A DNA stretch of 64,000 nucleotides from Candidatus Poribacteria bacterium (GCA_965205015.1 OZ242029.1:3904001-3968000), one strand, 5' to 3'. Counted from the stretch's first letter, positions 47,947 to 58,329 are shown. A program made the numbers and translations. Notes: generated from the letters alone by a model not told the origin.

Positions 47947-50274
47947 CTACCGGGAACGTCCTTTGGGAATGCGGGGTGAGCGTTGATTCCGGAAGTCGCG
48001 AGAGTTATCTCGTTGGTCATAGCGATTCCCGCGTCGTTCACGATTGTCATTAGAACGCCTATCACGGTAGTCACGATTATCACGATTATCACGGTAGTTA
48101 GAGCGACCGGAGTCTCGGGATTCTCTGGGAGCATTCCAATCGGATGAGAACTCGCGATCCTCATTTGATTCGATATTCAGTTCTTCAACAGGCACGCCGC
48201 CTGCGGCAACAAGGGTCAGATCTACGCGATCCTGTTCGTCAATCGTGAGAATTCGGACGGTAACCTCGTCCCCAACCTGCATAACATCCTCTGCGCGACG
48301 GACATACCCGTCTCCCATCTGTGAAATATGAACGAGCCCATCCTTACCTGGCAGGATTTCAACAAATGCGCCAAATGGGGCTGTTCGGACCACCTTACCG
48401 GTGTATTCCTTGCCAATCTCAGGCATAGCGGTGATTGCTCGAATTTTCTCTTCTGCATGTCTGACATCCTCTGCGCTTGTCGCGGCAATTTCGACGGTCC
48501 CATCATCTTCGATATTGATGGTCGTGTTTGTTTCTTCTTGGATGCCCTGCACAGTTTTACCACGCGGACCGATGAGGTCTTTGATCTTCTGCTGCGCAAT
48601 TTGGAGGGAATAAATTCGAGGTGCGTAAGGGGACAATTCCTCACGCGGCTCGGCGATGACAGCGTTCATCTGTTCAATGACTGAAAGGCGGGCATCTTTC
48701 GCCTGATGAATTGCCCGACGCATCAATTCAGGCGGGACACCGTCAATCTTGATGTCCATCTGTATAGCGGTAACGCCTTCACTGGTTCCGGCGACTTTGA
48801 AGTCCATATCGCCGAGGAAGTCTTCAGTTCCGAGCATATCGGTAAGGATGGCTTCCTGTTCACCTTCTTTGATAAGGCCGACACCGATCCCCGCGACGGG
48901 TCTTTTAAGTGGGACACCTGCATCTAACAGCGCGAGTGTTGCCCCGCAGACGGTTGCCATTGAAGATGAGGCATTAGATTCCAAAATCTCAGAGACGACT
49001 CGAATGGTATAATGAAAACCCTCTTTATCCGGAATGACGGGTTCCAATGCCTTTTGCGCGAGTGCCCCGTGTCCGATTTCACGGCGTCCGGGTCCCATCA
49101 TGCGTTTGACTTCCCCCGTACTGAATGGCGGGAAGTTGTAATGTAAAAAGAAGGAGCGTCTTGCTTCGCCATCAAGTCCGCGTTGTACATCTTCATCGCC
49201 GGAGGTACCGAGTGTTGTTACACAGAGTGCCTGTGTCTGCCCTCTGCTAAACAGAGCGGAGCCGTGGGTGTGCGGGAGTAAGGCTACCTCTCCTGAAATC
49301 GGGCGAATTTCGGTTACGCCTCGGCCATCCACACGTTTCCCTTGTGTAAGAATTGCCTCACGCATCTCTTCTTTTTCGATTTCACTTAAGATAGAGATGG
49401 TATCTTTTGCTGCATTCGGATCGACTTCCTCCGGTGTATCCTCAAGAATTTCTGAGAGCACCTCTGCCTGCACCTGTTCGAGATAATCCTCACGCAACTT
49501 CTTGTCTGCCATCCCGATGGATTCTCGAATACGAGAAGTGGCGAGATTTCGGACACGGCTACTGAGGTTAGACTCGATACTTTTAGAGGCATAGTCTCGT
49601 TTTGCGTTACTGCAGCCGGCAGCTAACCCTTCTTGAAGTTTGATGATCTCTTGTATCTGCGCGTGGGCGGTGATAATTGTGTCAATGACTTCATCTTCAG
49701 GAATCTCATGTCCACCGCCTTCGACAGACATAACGGCATCCGCTTTGCCACTGACGAACAATTCCATACTTGAGGCATGCAGTTCTTCGTAAGTGGGGTT
49801 GATGATTAACTTGTCTTCAGCTTTTCCGACAGTGACAGCGGCAACGGGTCCATTAAAGGGTATATCGGATATCGACAATGCTGCAGAAGTTCCGATAAGG
49901 GCGGGAACATCTGCGGGATGAATACCATCCGATGAAAACACGTTACATAAAACTTGTACCTCAGCCTTGAAGTCCTTTGGAAAGAGCGGACGAATGCAGT
50001 GGTCAATTAAACGAGCGACCAACTGTTCTGATGTCCCGGGACGCGGCTCGCGCCTCCCATAAACTGTTGGTATTCTTCCAGTGGCGTATGCCCTTTCCCG
50101 GTAATCTACTGTTAAAGGAAAGAAATCGAGGTCGTGTTCAGCGTCATCGGCGACCACCGTGACTAAAACAACTGTTCCACCGTATTGCACCCAAACGGCA
50201 CCATCTGCCTGTTTCGCAACTTTTCCGGTTTCAATTGATAATTTTTCGCTCCCCAGTTGCATTTCAACTTTCAT
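47947..50274 (-). CDS. pnp: Polyribonucleotide nucleotidyltransferase
   Basis: IETGKVAKQADG, FFPLTVDY, HGSALFSRGQTQ, RREIGHG, GDMDFKVAG, KH and S1 domains. Confidence 0.96.
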   Translation of the reverse strand: MKVEMQLGSEKLSIETGKVAKQADGAVWVQYGGTVVLVTVVADDAEHDLDFFPLTVDYRERAYATGRIPTVYGRREPRPGTSEQLVARLIDHCIRPLFPKDFKAEVQVLCNVFSSDGIHPADVPALIGTSAALSISDIPFNGPVAAVTVGKAEDKLIINPTYEELHASSMELFVSGKADAVMSVEGGGHEIPEDEVIDTIITAHAQIQEIIKLQEGLAAGCSNAKRDYASKSIESNLSSRVRNLATSRIRESIGMADKKLREDYLEQVQAEVLSEILEDTPEEVDPNAAKDTISILSEIEKEEMREAILTQGKRVDGRGVTEIRPISGEVALLPHTHGSALFSRGQTQALCVTTLGTSGDEDVQRGLDGEARRSFFLHYNFPPFSTGEVKRMMGPGRREIGHGALAQKALEPVIPDKEGFHYTIRVVSEILESNASSSMATVCGATLALLDAGVPLKRPVAGIGVGLIKEGEQEAILTDMLGTEDFLGDMDFKVAGTSEGVTAIQMDIKIDGVPPELMRRAIHQAKDARLSVIEQMNAVIAEPREELSPYAPRIYSLQIAQQKIKDLIGPRGKTVQGIQEETNTTINIEDDGTVEIAATSAEDVRHAEEKIRAITAMPEIGKEYTGKVVRTAPFGAFVEILPGKDGLVHISQMGDGYVRRAEDVMQVGDEVTVRILTIDEQDRVDLTLVAAGGVPVEELNIESNEDREFSSDWNAPRESRDSGRSNYRDNRDNRDYRDRRSNDNRERRGNRYDQRDNSRDFRNQRSPRIPKGRSR

Positions 50275-50517
50275 TCTATATACTACTCCTGTATTTCCTA
50301 TTTATTTCGTCGTGTCACCAAGTATAGACAGTAAAAAGCGGTTATGAACAGTCATCACCGGAAGAAAGTCTCGTCGATTTGAGAATAATGTATACAGTCT
50401 TTAAACATCACACAATACCACTCGGAGGACAATTCCCACGGCGTTTATTGCAAGATAAGACTCTTCGTTTCCCGCTTAGTACCGAACGCACGAACGCACT
50501 CGGTACCCATAAAAAAT

Positions 50518-50808
50518 CTAACTCCTCCTCGATCCGATAGTATCACGAATTCCGAGCTCATCAATCAAACGGTAATAGCGCGTCGCGTCTTTCTTGTAAA
50601 GGTACCGTAACAAACGGCGCTGCTTGCCAACCAATCGGTAAAGCCCATAGCGCGAATGATAGTCTTTTCGGTGCGTCTGAAAGTGCTTCGTCAACTGTTG
50701 AATGCGCGCGTTCAAGATTGCCACTTGAGTCTCCGGGGAACCAGTGTCTTGTTGGTGTATCTGGTATTGTTGGATCAATTCCTTCTTCTCTGCTGCCTCA
50801 ATTGCCAA
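50518..50808 (-). CDS. rpsO: 30S ribosomal protein S15
   Basis: TTG start after AAGGAGG; DTGSPETQVAIL, KD.HSR.GL. Confidence 0.95.
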   Translation of the reverse strand: MAIEAAEKKELIQQYQIHQQDTGSPETQVAILNARIQQLTKHFQTHRKDYHSRYGLYRLVGKQRRLLRYLYKKDATRYYRLIDELGIRDTIGSRRS

Positions 50809-51004
50809 TTGCGTTCACCTCCTTTTGGTCGAACAACTCATTTTTCTGATAGCAAGTTTAGGAAACTTGCAATATCCAAGAAGAATTCTCTCGTTAGGAT
50901 AAGACTACGAGATGTCCTTGCTTTATAAAACATTAAATGTGGAATAAAAACTAAATCGTATCCGGGAGATTGCTCCCTTTTCTACCTACATTTGTAATAC
51001 ATAT

Positions 51005-51033
51005 ATAATATCACAAATCAACTCAAAATTCAA
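51005..51033 (-). promoter_or_regulatory. Putative rpsO promoter
   Basis: TTGAAT-17bp-TATTAT, extended -10 TG. Confidence 0.55.
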
Positions 51034-51060
51034 ATTAAACTCACAATCTCTTGGTGTCAC

Positions 51061-52053
51061 CTACGGTTTCAGCAGCATCGCCGCCGAGGAAGTAGAGGAC
51101 GCGAGAATTTCCGTCGCTGCTGCGATGTCGCGCTGTATCTGTTGAATCAGAAATTCTGGATTTGGGAATTTCCTTTCACTTCTAATCTTCTCCACGAAGA
51201 ATATTTCTACGGGTTTACCGTAGATGATTTCATCAAAATTAAAGAAGTGTCCCTCCACCTGAATATTTACACCGTTAAATGTGGGACGCATTCCGATATT
51301 CAATACCCCGTCTAACCACCGTTCCTCTAACTTTGCCCGGATAGCATAAACACCATTAGGGGGATAGACTTGATTTTGGGTTTCTATATTCGCAGTAGGA
51401 AACCCAATTGCCCTTCCACGTCCATCACCATGAACGACAGTGCCGATCAAGGAATAGGGGCGTCCCAATAGTTGGGAGCTCAGCTGAAGATCGCCTTGTG
51501 CGAGTGCTTCTCGGATCCGAGTGCTATGGACGGGGGCGCCAGCGATCTCTGTCGGTGGCACGACAGAAACATCAAATGCATATCCTTTGCTAAGTTGCAC
51601 CAATCGTTCTGCGTTGCCTGCCCGGTTTTTGCCAAATTGGCAAGCATACCCGACAACGACGTGCTTCGCTCGACATTTCTCTAAGATCACATGCTCTACA
51701 AAAGATTCAGGGGACATTGATGCAATCTGGGCATCAAAACTGAGCATAACAATCTCATCAACGCCAAATTGTTGAAGTATTTCGACGCGCTTTGAGAGAG
51801 GGGTCAGGATAGGGGGGCACCGTTCTGGAGCAAGGAATGCAAGTGGATGTGGATAAAAACCGACCAATAGACTCGCCAAGTTATCCTGCGCGGCGCGTTT
51901 AAGAAGTGTGTTAATAACGGCTTGGTGTCCAAGATGGATACCATCAAACACACCAAAAGTGACAGCCGTTTCTCTGCCAAATTCAACGATATTGTTCAGA
52001 CTATAAGGTGTGATTGCGACCTGTGAATCGCTCCTACGACAGGCATGTTCCAC
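51061..52053 (-). CDS. ribF: Bifunctional riboflavin kinase/FAD synthetase (start GTG 52053 or 52074)
   Basis: GVFDGIHLGHQ, HSTRIR, GFPTAN, NIGMRPT, IRSERKF. Confidence 0.94.
   Translation of the reverse strand: MEHACRRSDSQVAITPYSLNNIVEFGRETAVTFGVFDGIHLGHQAVINTLLKRAAQDNLASLLVGFYPHPLAFLAPERCPPILTPLSKRVEILQQFGVDEIVMLSFDAQIASMSPESFVEHVILEKCRAKHVVVGYACQFGKNRAGNAERLVQLSKGYAFDVSVVPPTEIAGAPVHSTRIREALAQGDLQLSSQLLGRPYSLIGTVVHGDGRGRAIGFPTANIETQNQVYPPNGVYAIRAKLEERWLDGVLNIGMRPTFNGVNIQVEGHFFNFDEIIYGKPVEIFFVEKIRSERKFPNPEFLIQQIQRDIAAATEILASSTSSAAMLLKP
52013..52037 (-). repeat. REP family C copy in ribF 5' coding region
   Basis: GTAGGAGCGATTCACAGGTCGCAAT; encodes RRSDSQVAI. Confidence 0.65.
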
Positions 52054-52058
52054 GTTGC

Positions 52059-53090
52059 TCAATCCTTCTGGCAATCACCATATCTCAAATGATTTGGATC
52101 AATGTAGCGTTGCGAAGCTTGAACAAGAGCGGCAATGGCTAATGGATAGGGCATGGCAATCCGACATCCTGCGGCGCGGGCGTGTCCTCCACCTTGGAAC
52201 TCTGCGGCAAGTTGACTCACATCAACGTATTCTTGGCTTCGCAGACTCACTTTTGTACTTCGATCTGTCATCTCAGACACACAGACTGCTATCTCAACAC
52301 CCGCAATGGCTTGGATCTGGTTCACAACGCCCTCCACGGCGTCAGGAGTTGTTCCAGTTTTTCGAAACATCGCCTGTGTTGCATACACCGATGCTATTTT
52401 CCCATCATCTGTTATTTGCAACGTACTGAGGATCTCACGCAACAGGTGCATCTTTGCAACAGGGACCTGTTCGTAGACATTCCGATAGACTTCATCCGGA
52501 GTGAATCCGCCGATCTCAATTAATTCGGCAGCGATTTGATGTGTCTCGGCTGTGGTATTACTATGTCGAAAACAGCCCGTATCAAACATCAGACCTGTAT
52601 AGAGACAAAGCGCACACATTTCGCATATTGGAAATTGATGGTGTTTAATGAGTTTGTAAACAATCTCTGAAGTGGAGGAAGCTGTCGGTACAATAAGGTT
52701 AATGTCGCCGAATGCCTCTGCGGTGGCGTGATGGTCAATATTAATGAGACTGTGTATAGGATACAAGGTTTTGGACAGTCTCGTTCCAATTCGCGCCAGC
52801 GTACTTGCGTCTAACACAATCAACACTTCAGGACGGTATGTTTCAGCCGAATGCGCGCTCTCAATACGATCCCAAAACGGTAGAAATCGATAGTTAGGGG
52901 GGACGACATCCGTGTTAAATATTTTTACGGATTTACCAAGTTTCGTGAGAAAAATGTAAAGTCCCAATTCGGAACCGATTGCATCACCATCAGGATGAAT
53001 GTGTGTTGAAAGCGCGAAGGTATGGTATTGGTCAAATAAGGTAAGGAGTGTGCTATAGTCGTGTGTATTATCCATCTGTAAGGTGTTCAT
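52059..53090 (-). CDS. nrnA: DHH/DHHA1 phosphoesterase (NanoRNase A-like)
   Basis: H.HPDGDAIGS, IDHH, DTGCF, SLRS, GGGHARAAG. Confidence 0.9.
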   Translation of the reverse strand: MNTLQMDNTHDYSTLLTLFDQYHTFALSTHIHPDGDAIGSELGLYIFLTKLGKSVKIFNTDVVPPNYRFLPFWDRIESAHSAETYRPEVLIVLDASTLARIGTRLSKTLYPIHSLINIDHHATAEAFGDINLIVPTASSTSEIVYKLIKHHQFPICEMCALCLYTGLMFDTGCFRHSNTTAETHQIAAELIEIGGFTPDEVYRNVYEQVPVAKMHLLREILSTLQITDDGKIASVYATQAMFRKTGTTPDAVEGVVNQIQAIAGVEIAVCVSEMTDRSTKVSLRSQEYVDVSQLAAEFQGGGHARAAGCRIAMPYPLAIAALVQASQRYIDPNHLRYGDCQKD

Positions 53091-53108
53091 GAAACATCGC
53101 TGCGTGTC

Positions 53109-53468
53109 TTATATTGTTTCGTCCTCGGTCGTTTCAGACTTGAGGAGTCCATCTATTTTAAAGAGATAGTCAGCGGATTCATCTATAGCGAACCGAAGTT
53201 CCGGCGAATGGCGAAGCGTGAGACGATTTCCGATCTCACGCCTAAGGAAGCCTGCTGCACTCTTTAGACCTGCGAGCGTCTCGCTTTTCCGCTCCTCATC
53301 GCCGATAACGCTCACCTTCACATCTACATACTTCAGATCCGGGGACATAGATGCTTGTGTGACAGTGCAAAACGCGACGCGCGGATCCTTGACAGAACGT
53401 TGGATAATCTCGCTTAATTCCCGCTGAATGAGGGCTGCTACCCGATCTTGTCTTCTATTTTCTACCAT
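53109..53468 (-). CDS. rbfA: Ribosome-binding factor A
   Basis: KDPRV, SPDLK, AAGFLR, PELRF..DES. Confidence 0.95.
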   Translation of the reverse strand: MVENRRQDRVAALIQRELSEIIQRSVKDPRVAFCTVTQASMSPDLKYVDVKVSVIGDEERKSETLAGLKSAAGFLRREIGNRLTLRHSPELRFAIDESADYLFKIDGLLKSETTEDETI

Positions 53469-53511
53469 ATCAATCCTACCTCTTGCAGCAAGTTTTGGCT
53501 TGCGAACTTTA

Positions 53512-53796
53512 TCAAAAGAAAAACTCCGTTTCGTAATCTACTAATTCAGCATCTACATTCGTTTCAACAAAAGTGATGAGATGTGAGATGATCTTATTCA
53601 GATGTACAACATCGTTGGAAACCGAAACGGCAGCCAATATGGCAAACTGATGTGCCTCCAATGCTTCAACTTCAGCAATAGCAATGTTAAAGCGGTTTTT
53701 GAGTCTCGTGATGAGGCTTTTGACAACCCGGCGTTTCGCTTTTAGCGAGTGACTTTCCGGGATTCGGAGACGAATTTTACAAACACCGATGTGCAT
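53512..53796 (-). CDS. DUF503 (YlxP-like) protein
   Basis: SLKAKRRVVKSL..RLKNRFNIAIAEV; located between infB and rbfA. Confidence 0.88.
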   Translation of the reverse strand: MHIGVCKIRLRIPESHSLKAKRRVVKSLITRLKNRFNIAIAEVEALEAHQFAILAAVSVSNDVVHLNKIISHLITFVETNVDAELVDYETEFFF

Positions 53797-53815
53797 GAAC
53801 GTATGAGTCAATTGT

Positions 53816-53843
53816 GGGGGCGCGTGACAACAGCGCCCCCTAT
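53816..53843 (-). repeat. GTAG-like REP palindrome between infB and DUF503
   Basis: ATAGGGGGCGCTGTTGTCACGCGCCCCC. Confidence 0.55.
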
Positions 53844-53874
53844 GAAAGTACACTGCTATAGGAACAGAACCAAT

Positions 53875-55917
53875 TTAGGAAAGTGAGCGTGCCACTTGTT
53901 CGTGAACATAGCATTCAAGGACATCACCGACTTTCAAGTCATCAAACGTCTCAATCCCTATTCCACATTCGTAGTTCGCTTGCACCTCATTGACATTATC
54001 CTTGAACCGGCGAAGCGAATTGACTTTACCTTCGTGAATTAATCGATTGTCGCGAAGAATACGAAGGGGTTGATTGAAGGAAATTCGTCCCCAATTGACG
54101 TAGCTACCAGCAACCAAACCGAGACGGGGGACTTTAAATAATTCACGGACCTCAGCCCGTCCGATAACGACTTCTCGTACTTCAGGATCGAGCAGGCCTT
54201 CCATAGCCGAACGAATATAGGAGATGAGATTGTAAATGATGTTGTAGGTCCGAACATCAATCCCCTCGGTCTCTTTCGCCTGCACCGCCTCCGTTGTCGG
54301 ATGAACGTTGAAACCGACGACGATTGCATCAGAAGCCGAGGCGAGCAAAATGTCGGTTTCGGTGATCCCGCCAACCGCTTGGTGAATAATATTGATCTTA
54401 ACCTCATCCGTACTCAACTCGAGCAGTGATGAAGCGACGGCTTGCACGGAACCTTGTACATCGCCTTTAAGAACAACGTTCAATTCTTTAATCTCGCCTT
54501 CCTGGATTTGTTGGAATAGGTTATCCAAACTGACGTGGCTATTTTCCCCGAGTTTTTCATTGCGGTACTGGTCCTGACGGGTTTCACTGATAGACCGGGC
54601 GTCCTTATCAGACGCAACGACATAAAATCTGTCGCCTGCTTCTGGTACGCCGGTAAAACCGAGCACTTCAACAGGACAGGAGGGACCGGCTTCTTTCATC
54701 CGCTTCCCGAAATCGTCCATCATTGCTCTAACTTTTCCGGAATACCTACCTGAAACAAAAACATCACCAACTTTCAGTGTACCTGCCTGTACGAGAACGG
54801 TTGCGACGGCACCGCGCTCTTTATCAACCTGTGCTTCAATAACAATACCCCGTGCTGGCTTACGTGGGTTCGCTTTGAGTTCCAACAGAGCTGCTTCCAA
54901 AAGGAGCATTTCAAGCAAAAAGTCAATCCCTGTTCCATCTATCGCGGAGGTCTCAACACAAATTGTTTGTCCACCCCAGTCCTCTGGCAGGAGTTCCTGT
55001 TCTGCCAATTGTTGCTTGACATAGTCTGAACGCGCGCCAGGGACATCTATTTTGTTAATGGCGACGACAATGGGAACCTTTGCAGCTTTTGCGTGACTAA
55101 TCGCCTCGATTGTCTGAGGCATGACCCCGTCGTCAGCTGCGACGATGAGAACGACAATATCGGTTACTTGTGCACCGCGCGCGCGCATCGCCGTAAAAGC
55201 GGCATGCCCCGGTGTGTCTAAGAAAACAATGCTCCCACCTTTTAATGTTACGTGATATGCGCCGATATGTTGTGTTATGTTACCTGCTTCAGATTCACTG
55301 ATATTTGATTGACGAATAGAGTCTAAAAGAGATGTTTTACCGTGGTCAACATGTCCCATGATTGTGACCACGGGTGCTCGAGGTTGCAAAGATTCTGGGG
55401 CATCTGGTATCTCAGCGAATAGTTCTTCTTCAAGCGTTTTTGACCTAACCGCTTCAAAATTCAAGTGTTCCCCAAGCATCACAAGTGTATCGTAATCAAG
55501 CCGCTGATTTATATTTGCCATCACTTTTAACTTCATGAGACGCATAATCAACGCCGAGGGTTGCAACTCCAGCGCTGCTGCGAGGTCAGCGACCGTCGCC
55601 CCTTCCGTAATTTGCAAATCGCTGGTTGTAGCAGTTTCTTCCGACGCTGAGACGTTTTCAACAGAGGTTTGGGACGTAGAAACGGTTTCTTCCACCGGTT
55701 CGTCAGCCAATTCTGATTCAATAAGCGCGACTGTGTCCGGATCGAGGGTGCTCATCCCGTTTTTAACGCGAACTCCATGCTCCTCAAGTAGAGCGATAAG
55801 TTCCTTGTTTGTTAGATTGTATTCTTTCGCCAATTCATAAACCCGCGTACCAGAAACTTGACTTTCCTCTCGACTCCCTTTCGCGGGTTTCCCTCGCTGT
55901 CGTTGGGCTCTGCTCAT
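53875..55917 (-). CDS. infB: Translation initiation factor IF-2
   Basis: [35 protein letters not shown]. Confidence 0.97.
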   Translation of the reverse strand: MSRAQRQRGKPAKGSREESQVSGTRVYELAKEYNLTNKELIALLEEHGVRVKNGMSTLDPDTVALIESELADEPVEETVSTSQTSVENVSASEETATTSDLQITEGATVADLAAALELQPSALIMRLMKLKVMANINQRLDYDTLVMLGEHLNFEAVRSKTLEEELFAEIPDAPESLQPRAPVVTIMGHVDHGKTSLLDSIRQSNISESEAGNITQHIGAYHVTLKGGSIVFLDTPGHAAFTAMRARGAQVTDIVVLIVAADDGVMPQTIEAISHAKAAKVPIVVAINKIDVPGARSDYVKQQLAEQELLPEDWGGQTICVETSAIDGTGIDFLLEMLLLEAALLELKANPRKPARGIVIEAQVDKERGAVATVLVQAGTLKVGDVFVSGRYSGKVRAMMDDFGKRMKEAGPSCPVEVLGFTGVPEAGDRFYVVASDKDARSISETRQDQYRNEKLGENSHVSLDNLFQQIQEGEIKELNVVLKGDVQGSVQAVASSLLELSTDEVKINIIHQAVGGITETDILLASASDAIVVGFNVHPTTEAVQAKETEGIDVRTYNIIYNLISYIRSAMEGLLDPEVREVVIGRAEVRELFKVPRLGLVAGSYVNWGRISFNQPLRILRDNRLIHEGKVNSLRRFKDNVNEVQANYECGIGIETFDDLKVGDVLECYVHEQVARSLS

Positions 55918-56228
55918 AATAATTCCTCCTTTTCTTCTTTTAGGCTCGTGGACTTTTGGGTCCTTTGAAGAAGCACTTGTTCAAACTCCGCTATATGCTC
56001 ACTTGCCAGTTGCACACGTAATAAAGAATTAATCCGTTTGGGAGACTTGAACGCTCTTCGAATGCAATCTTGAGCAGGGCAAACGTAAGCCCCACGCCCG
56101 CCTAACTTCTTTTGACTGTCGATTTGCAGTTTTTCGTTTCCCTGGCACACGAACCGAACCAACACTGTCTGCAATAATTTTCCACGGCACCCAATACAAG
56201 TGCGAATAATATCCCTCAATGACGCCAC
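55914..56228 (-). CDS. ylxR: YlxR/RnpM family RNA-binding protein
   Basis: RTCIGCR, GRGAYVC; between nusA and infB. Confidence 0.9.
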   Translation of the reverse strand: MASLRDIIRTCIGCRGKLLQTVLVRFVCQGNEKLQIDSQKKLGGRGAYVCPAQDCIRRAFKSPKRINSLLRVQLASEHIAEFEQVLLQRTQKSTSLKEEKEELL

Positions 56229-56234
56229 CCACTT

Positions 56235-57551
56235 TTAAAACTCAGTATCAAAATCATCATCCTCAGGCTCGGCAGATGGGTCCATTTTATTTTCCTCGTC
56301 AAGACTCTTTGTCCGTTCAGTTTCAAGAGTCTCCGCGTCTGCGTCTATTTCAAAGTCCTCCGACGCGTCAATGATCTGTTCAGTTTCTGTTGAATCCTGC
56401 GCACCAGCAGTCTGCTGTTCTGGCAGCCTTTGGTCAGGACTTTCTTCTTGACTGTCTGAGACGTGTTCAGATGTTTCATCAGAGCCTTCCGGTTTAAAGA
56501 GTTCATTAATCGAAACAGTATCTTCAGATTCACCCTTTATGTCAACCTTCCAACCCGTCAATTTCGCAGCGAGTCGTGCATTCTGTCCTCGTTGCCCAAT
56601 CGCTAAGGACAACTGATTGTCTGGAACAATCACAAGTGCACTCTTATCTTTATCATTCAATTCAACCCTACGCACGCCAACTCGCGCCCCCAGAGCATTC
56701 GCAATAAAGACGCTGGGGTCTTCGCTCCATTCCAGTAAATCTATCTTCTCATCATCAAGTTCACCGACGATCGTCTGTACACGTATTCCTTTGACTCCCA
56801 CACACGTGCCTACGGCATCAATACCCTCTTCTGTCGCCCTGACGGCTACCTTCGCGCGATTTCCAGGGTCCCGCGCGACCGCCATAATTTGAACCTGGCC
56901 CTCATAGATTTCAGGAACCTCCTGCTCAAATAACATGGATACCAAATCCCGGTGCGTCCGAGAGACGATAATCGGCGGTCCCCGCATCTCATTCTTCACA
57001 GATAGAATGAGACATTGTAAGCGTTTACCCCGCTCGTAATTCTGAGAGCGCGGCATTTCACGAGGCGGTAAAAACGCTTCCGTCTGCTCAAGATCCAAAA
57101 TAACACCACCCCGCTCAAAGCGTTGGACGTAACCTGTGACAACTTCACCTTCGCGCCCGGCAAACTCTTGATAAATTTTTTCTCGCTCCGCCTGCTTGAT
57201 CTTTTGGAAAAGGATTTGCCTGGCTAACTGTGCCGGAATCCGTCCAAACTCGTTCGGATTGATTTCGACATCCAGCATCTCCCCAACTTCGACATCCTCT
57301 TGGAGTTTCAACGCCTGTTCAATCGGAATCTCTGTCGAGAAATCGCGCATAATATTAACGACTTTTTTCGGGACATAACACCGTATATCACTTTTCTCCA
57401 AATTAATCTCAACGGAAACGTTGGCATCAGCACCGTAAACGCGGCGCGCAGCGGCACGCAACGCCTCCTCTATCGCTTCAACGAACACCTCTTCAGGTAA
57501 ATCTGTTTGTGCAGTATTTTGACGTATAGCGTTTTGGAGGTTTTCTAACAT
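56235..57551 (-). CDS. nusA: Transcription termination factor NusA with acidic C-terminal tail
   Basis: FGRI.AQ, ARDPGNRAKVAV, LSLAIGQRGQNARLAAKLTGWKVDI. Confidence 0.96.
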   Translation of the reverse strand: MLENLQNAIRQNTAQTDLPEEVFVEAIEEALRAAARRVYGADANVSVEINLEKSDIRCYVPKKVVNIMRDFSTEIPIEQALKLQEDVEVGEMLDVEINPNEFGRIPAQLARQILFQKIKQAEREKIYQEFAGREGEVVTGYVQRFERGGVILDLEQTEAFLPPREMPRSQNYERGKRLQCLILSVKNEMRGPPIIVSRTHRDLVSMLFEQEVPEIYEGQVQIMAVARDPGNRAKVAVRATEEGIDAVGTCVGVKGIRVQTIVGELDDEKIDLLEWSEDPSVFIANALGARVGVRRVELNDKDKSALVIVPDNQLSLAIGQRGQNARLAAKLTGWKVDIKGESEDTVSINELFKPEGSDETSEHVSDSQEESPDQRLPEQQTAGAQDSTETEQIIDASEDFEIDADAETLETERTKSLDEENKMDPSAEPEDDDFDTEF

Positions 57552-57671
57552 AATAATTGATGTCCGCGGTCACTTTCTATTATACAGGTTGGCAAGTGTC
57601 GTCCTGTATCAACAGTCCGCGGGCTCCTTTCCATCTTTTAATATTCGCCGTGTGTCTATGGCGCTTGTTCT

Positions 57672-58121
57672 CTACCATTTCAGGTGTATACGGGCATTAA
57701 GAATTTGCGAGATTTTAACGGAGATGTCCTTTCCATCCGACTGCACTAAGACGACTTCTTCAGGATGCACATCTACGACAGTGCCTTGTATCTGACGGGG
57801 GTGGACGTTTTTTGCGGCGACTTCTATCTGAACGGTCCGCCCACAATTGCGCTGAAAATCCTTAGCGGTTCGTAAGGGTCTGTCTATGCCAGGAGAAGCC
57901 ACTTCCAACTGAGCATAGTTTGCTAAATGCTCATGAACCTCTAAAATCGGACGTACAACTTGGTTCACCATTTGACAATCTGCCACCGAAAGCCCATCTG
58001 GTTTGTGAATGAGGAGGCGGAGTGTTTTTGAATGTGTTTCAATATCCACAAGCTCAATACCATCAAGGTCGAGCATCGGTGCTAACATCTCAATGATGGA
58101 GTTTTTCTCGGCTATTGTCAT
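57672..58121 (-). CDS. rimP: Ribosome maturation factor RimP
   Basis: LEVASPGIDRPL; upstream of nusA; start MTIAEK. Confidence 0.9.
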   Translation of the reverse strand: MTIAEKNSIIEMLAPMLDLDGIELVDIETHSKTLRLLIHKPDGLSVADCQMVNQVVRPILEVHEHLANYAQLEVASPGIDRPLRTAKDFQRNCGRTVQIEVAAKNVHPRQIQGTVVDVHPEEVVLVQSDGKDISVKISQILNARIHLKW

Positions 58122-58135
58122 ACTTGATATAATAT

Positions 58136-58186
58136 AAAAAATAAAAAAACGCGATACGCCCAATGGTAGAGGTTCTTCGCGGTTTA
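58136..58186 (-). terminator. Terminator/attenuator-like hairpin with U-tract upstream of rimP
   Basis: CGCGA...TCGCG followed by TTTTTTTATTTTTT on minus strand. Confidence 0.5.
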
Positions 58187-58329
58187 TATGATGTCGTAGT
58201 GCACAGTTGAAAAGAATCGGTAAACCGAGGATGAAAACCTCACCCAAATTCCAAGGACTGCGTTTTACGACCCGACCGATGCCGAAGCAACGGGGTATCA
58301 ATTCTCGCTCATCCACCTCATTGTGTTAC

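Noticed and set aside
50290-50510. rpsO-pnp intergenic long stem as a novel RNA
   Set aside because: Consistent with the known RNase III-type pnp leader or a degenerate heptamer palindrome; evidence is insufficient to call it new.
53797-53853. N-terminal extension of DUF503 as another in-frame REP insertion
   Set aside because: Homology begins at ATG 53796, so the REP is more likely intergenic.
58122-58316. N-terminal extension of RimP in the ORF track
   Set aside because: Non-homologous to RimP and spans structured leader and terminator sequence; ATG 58121 is more plausible.
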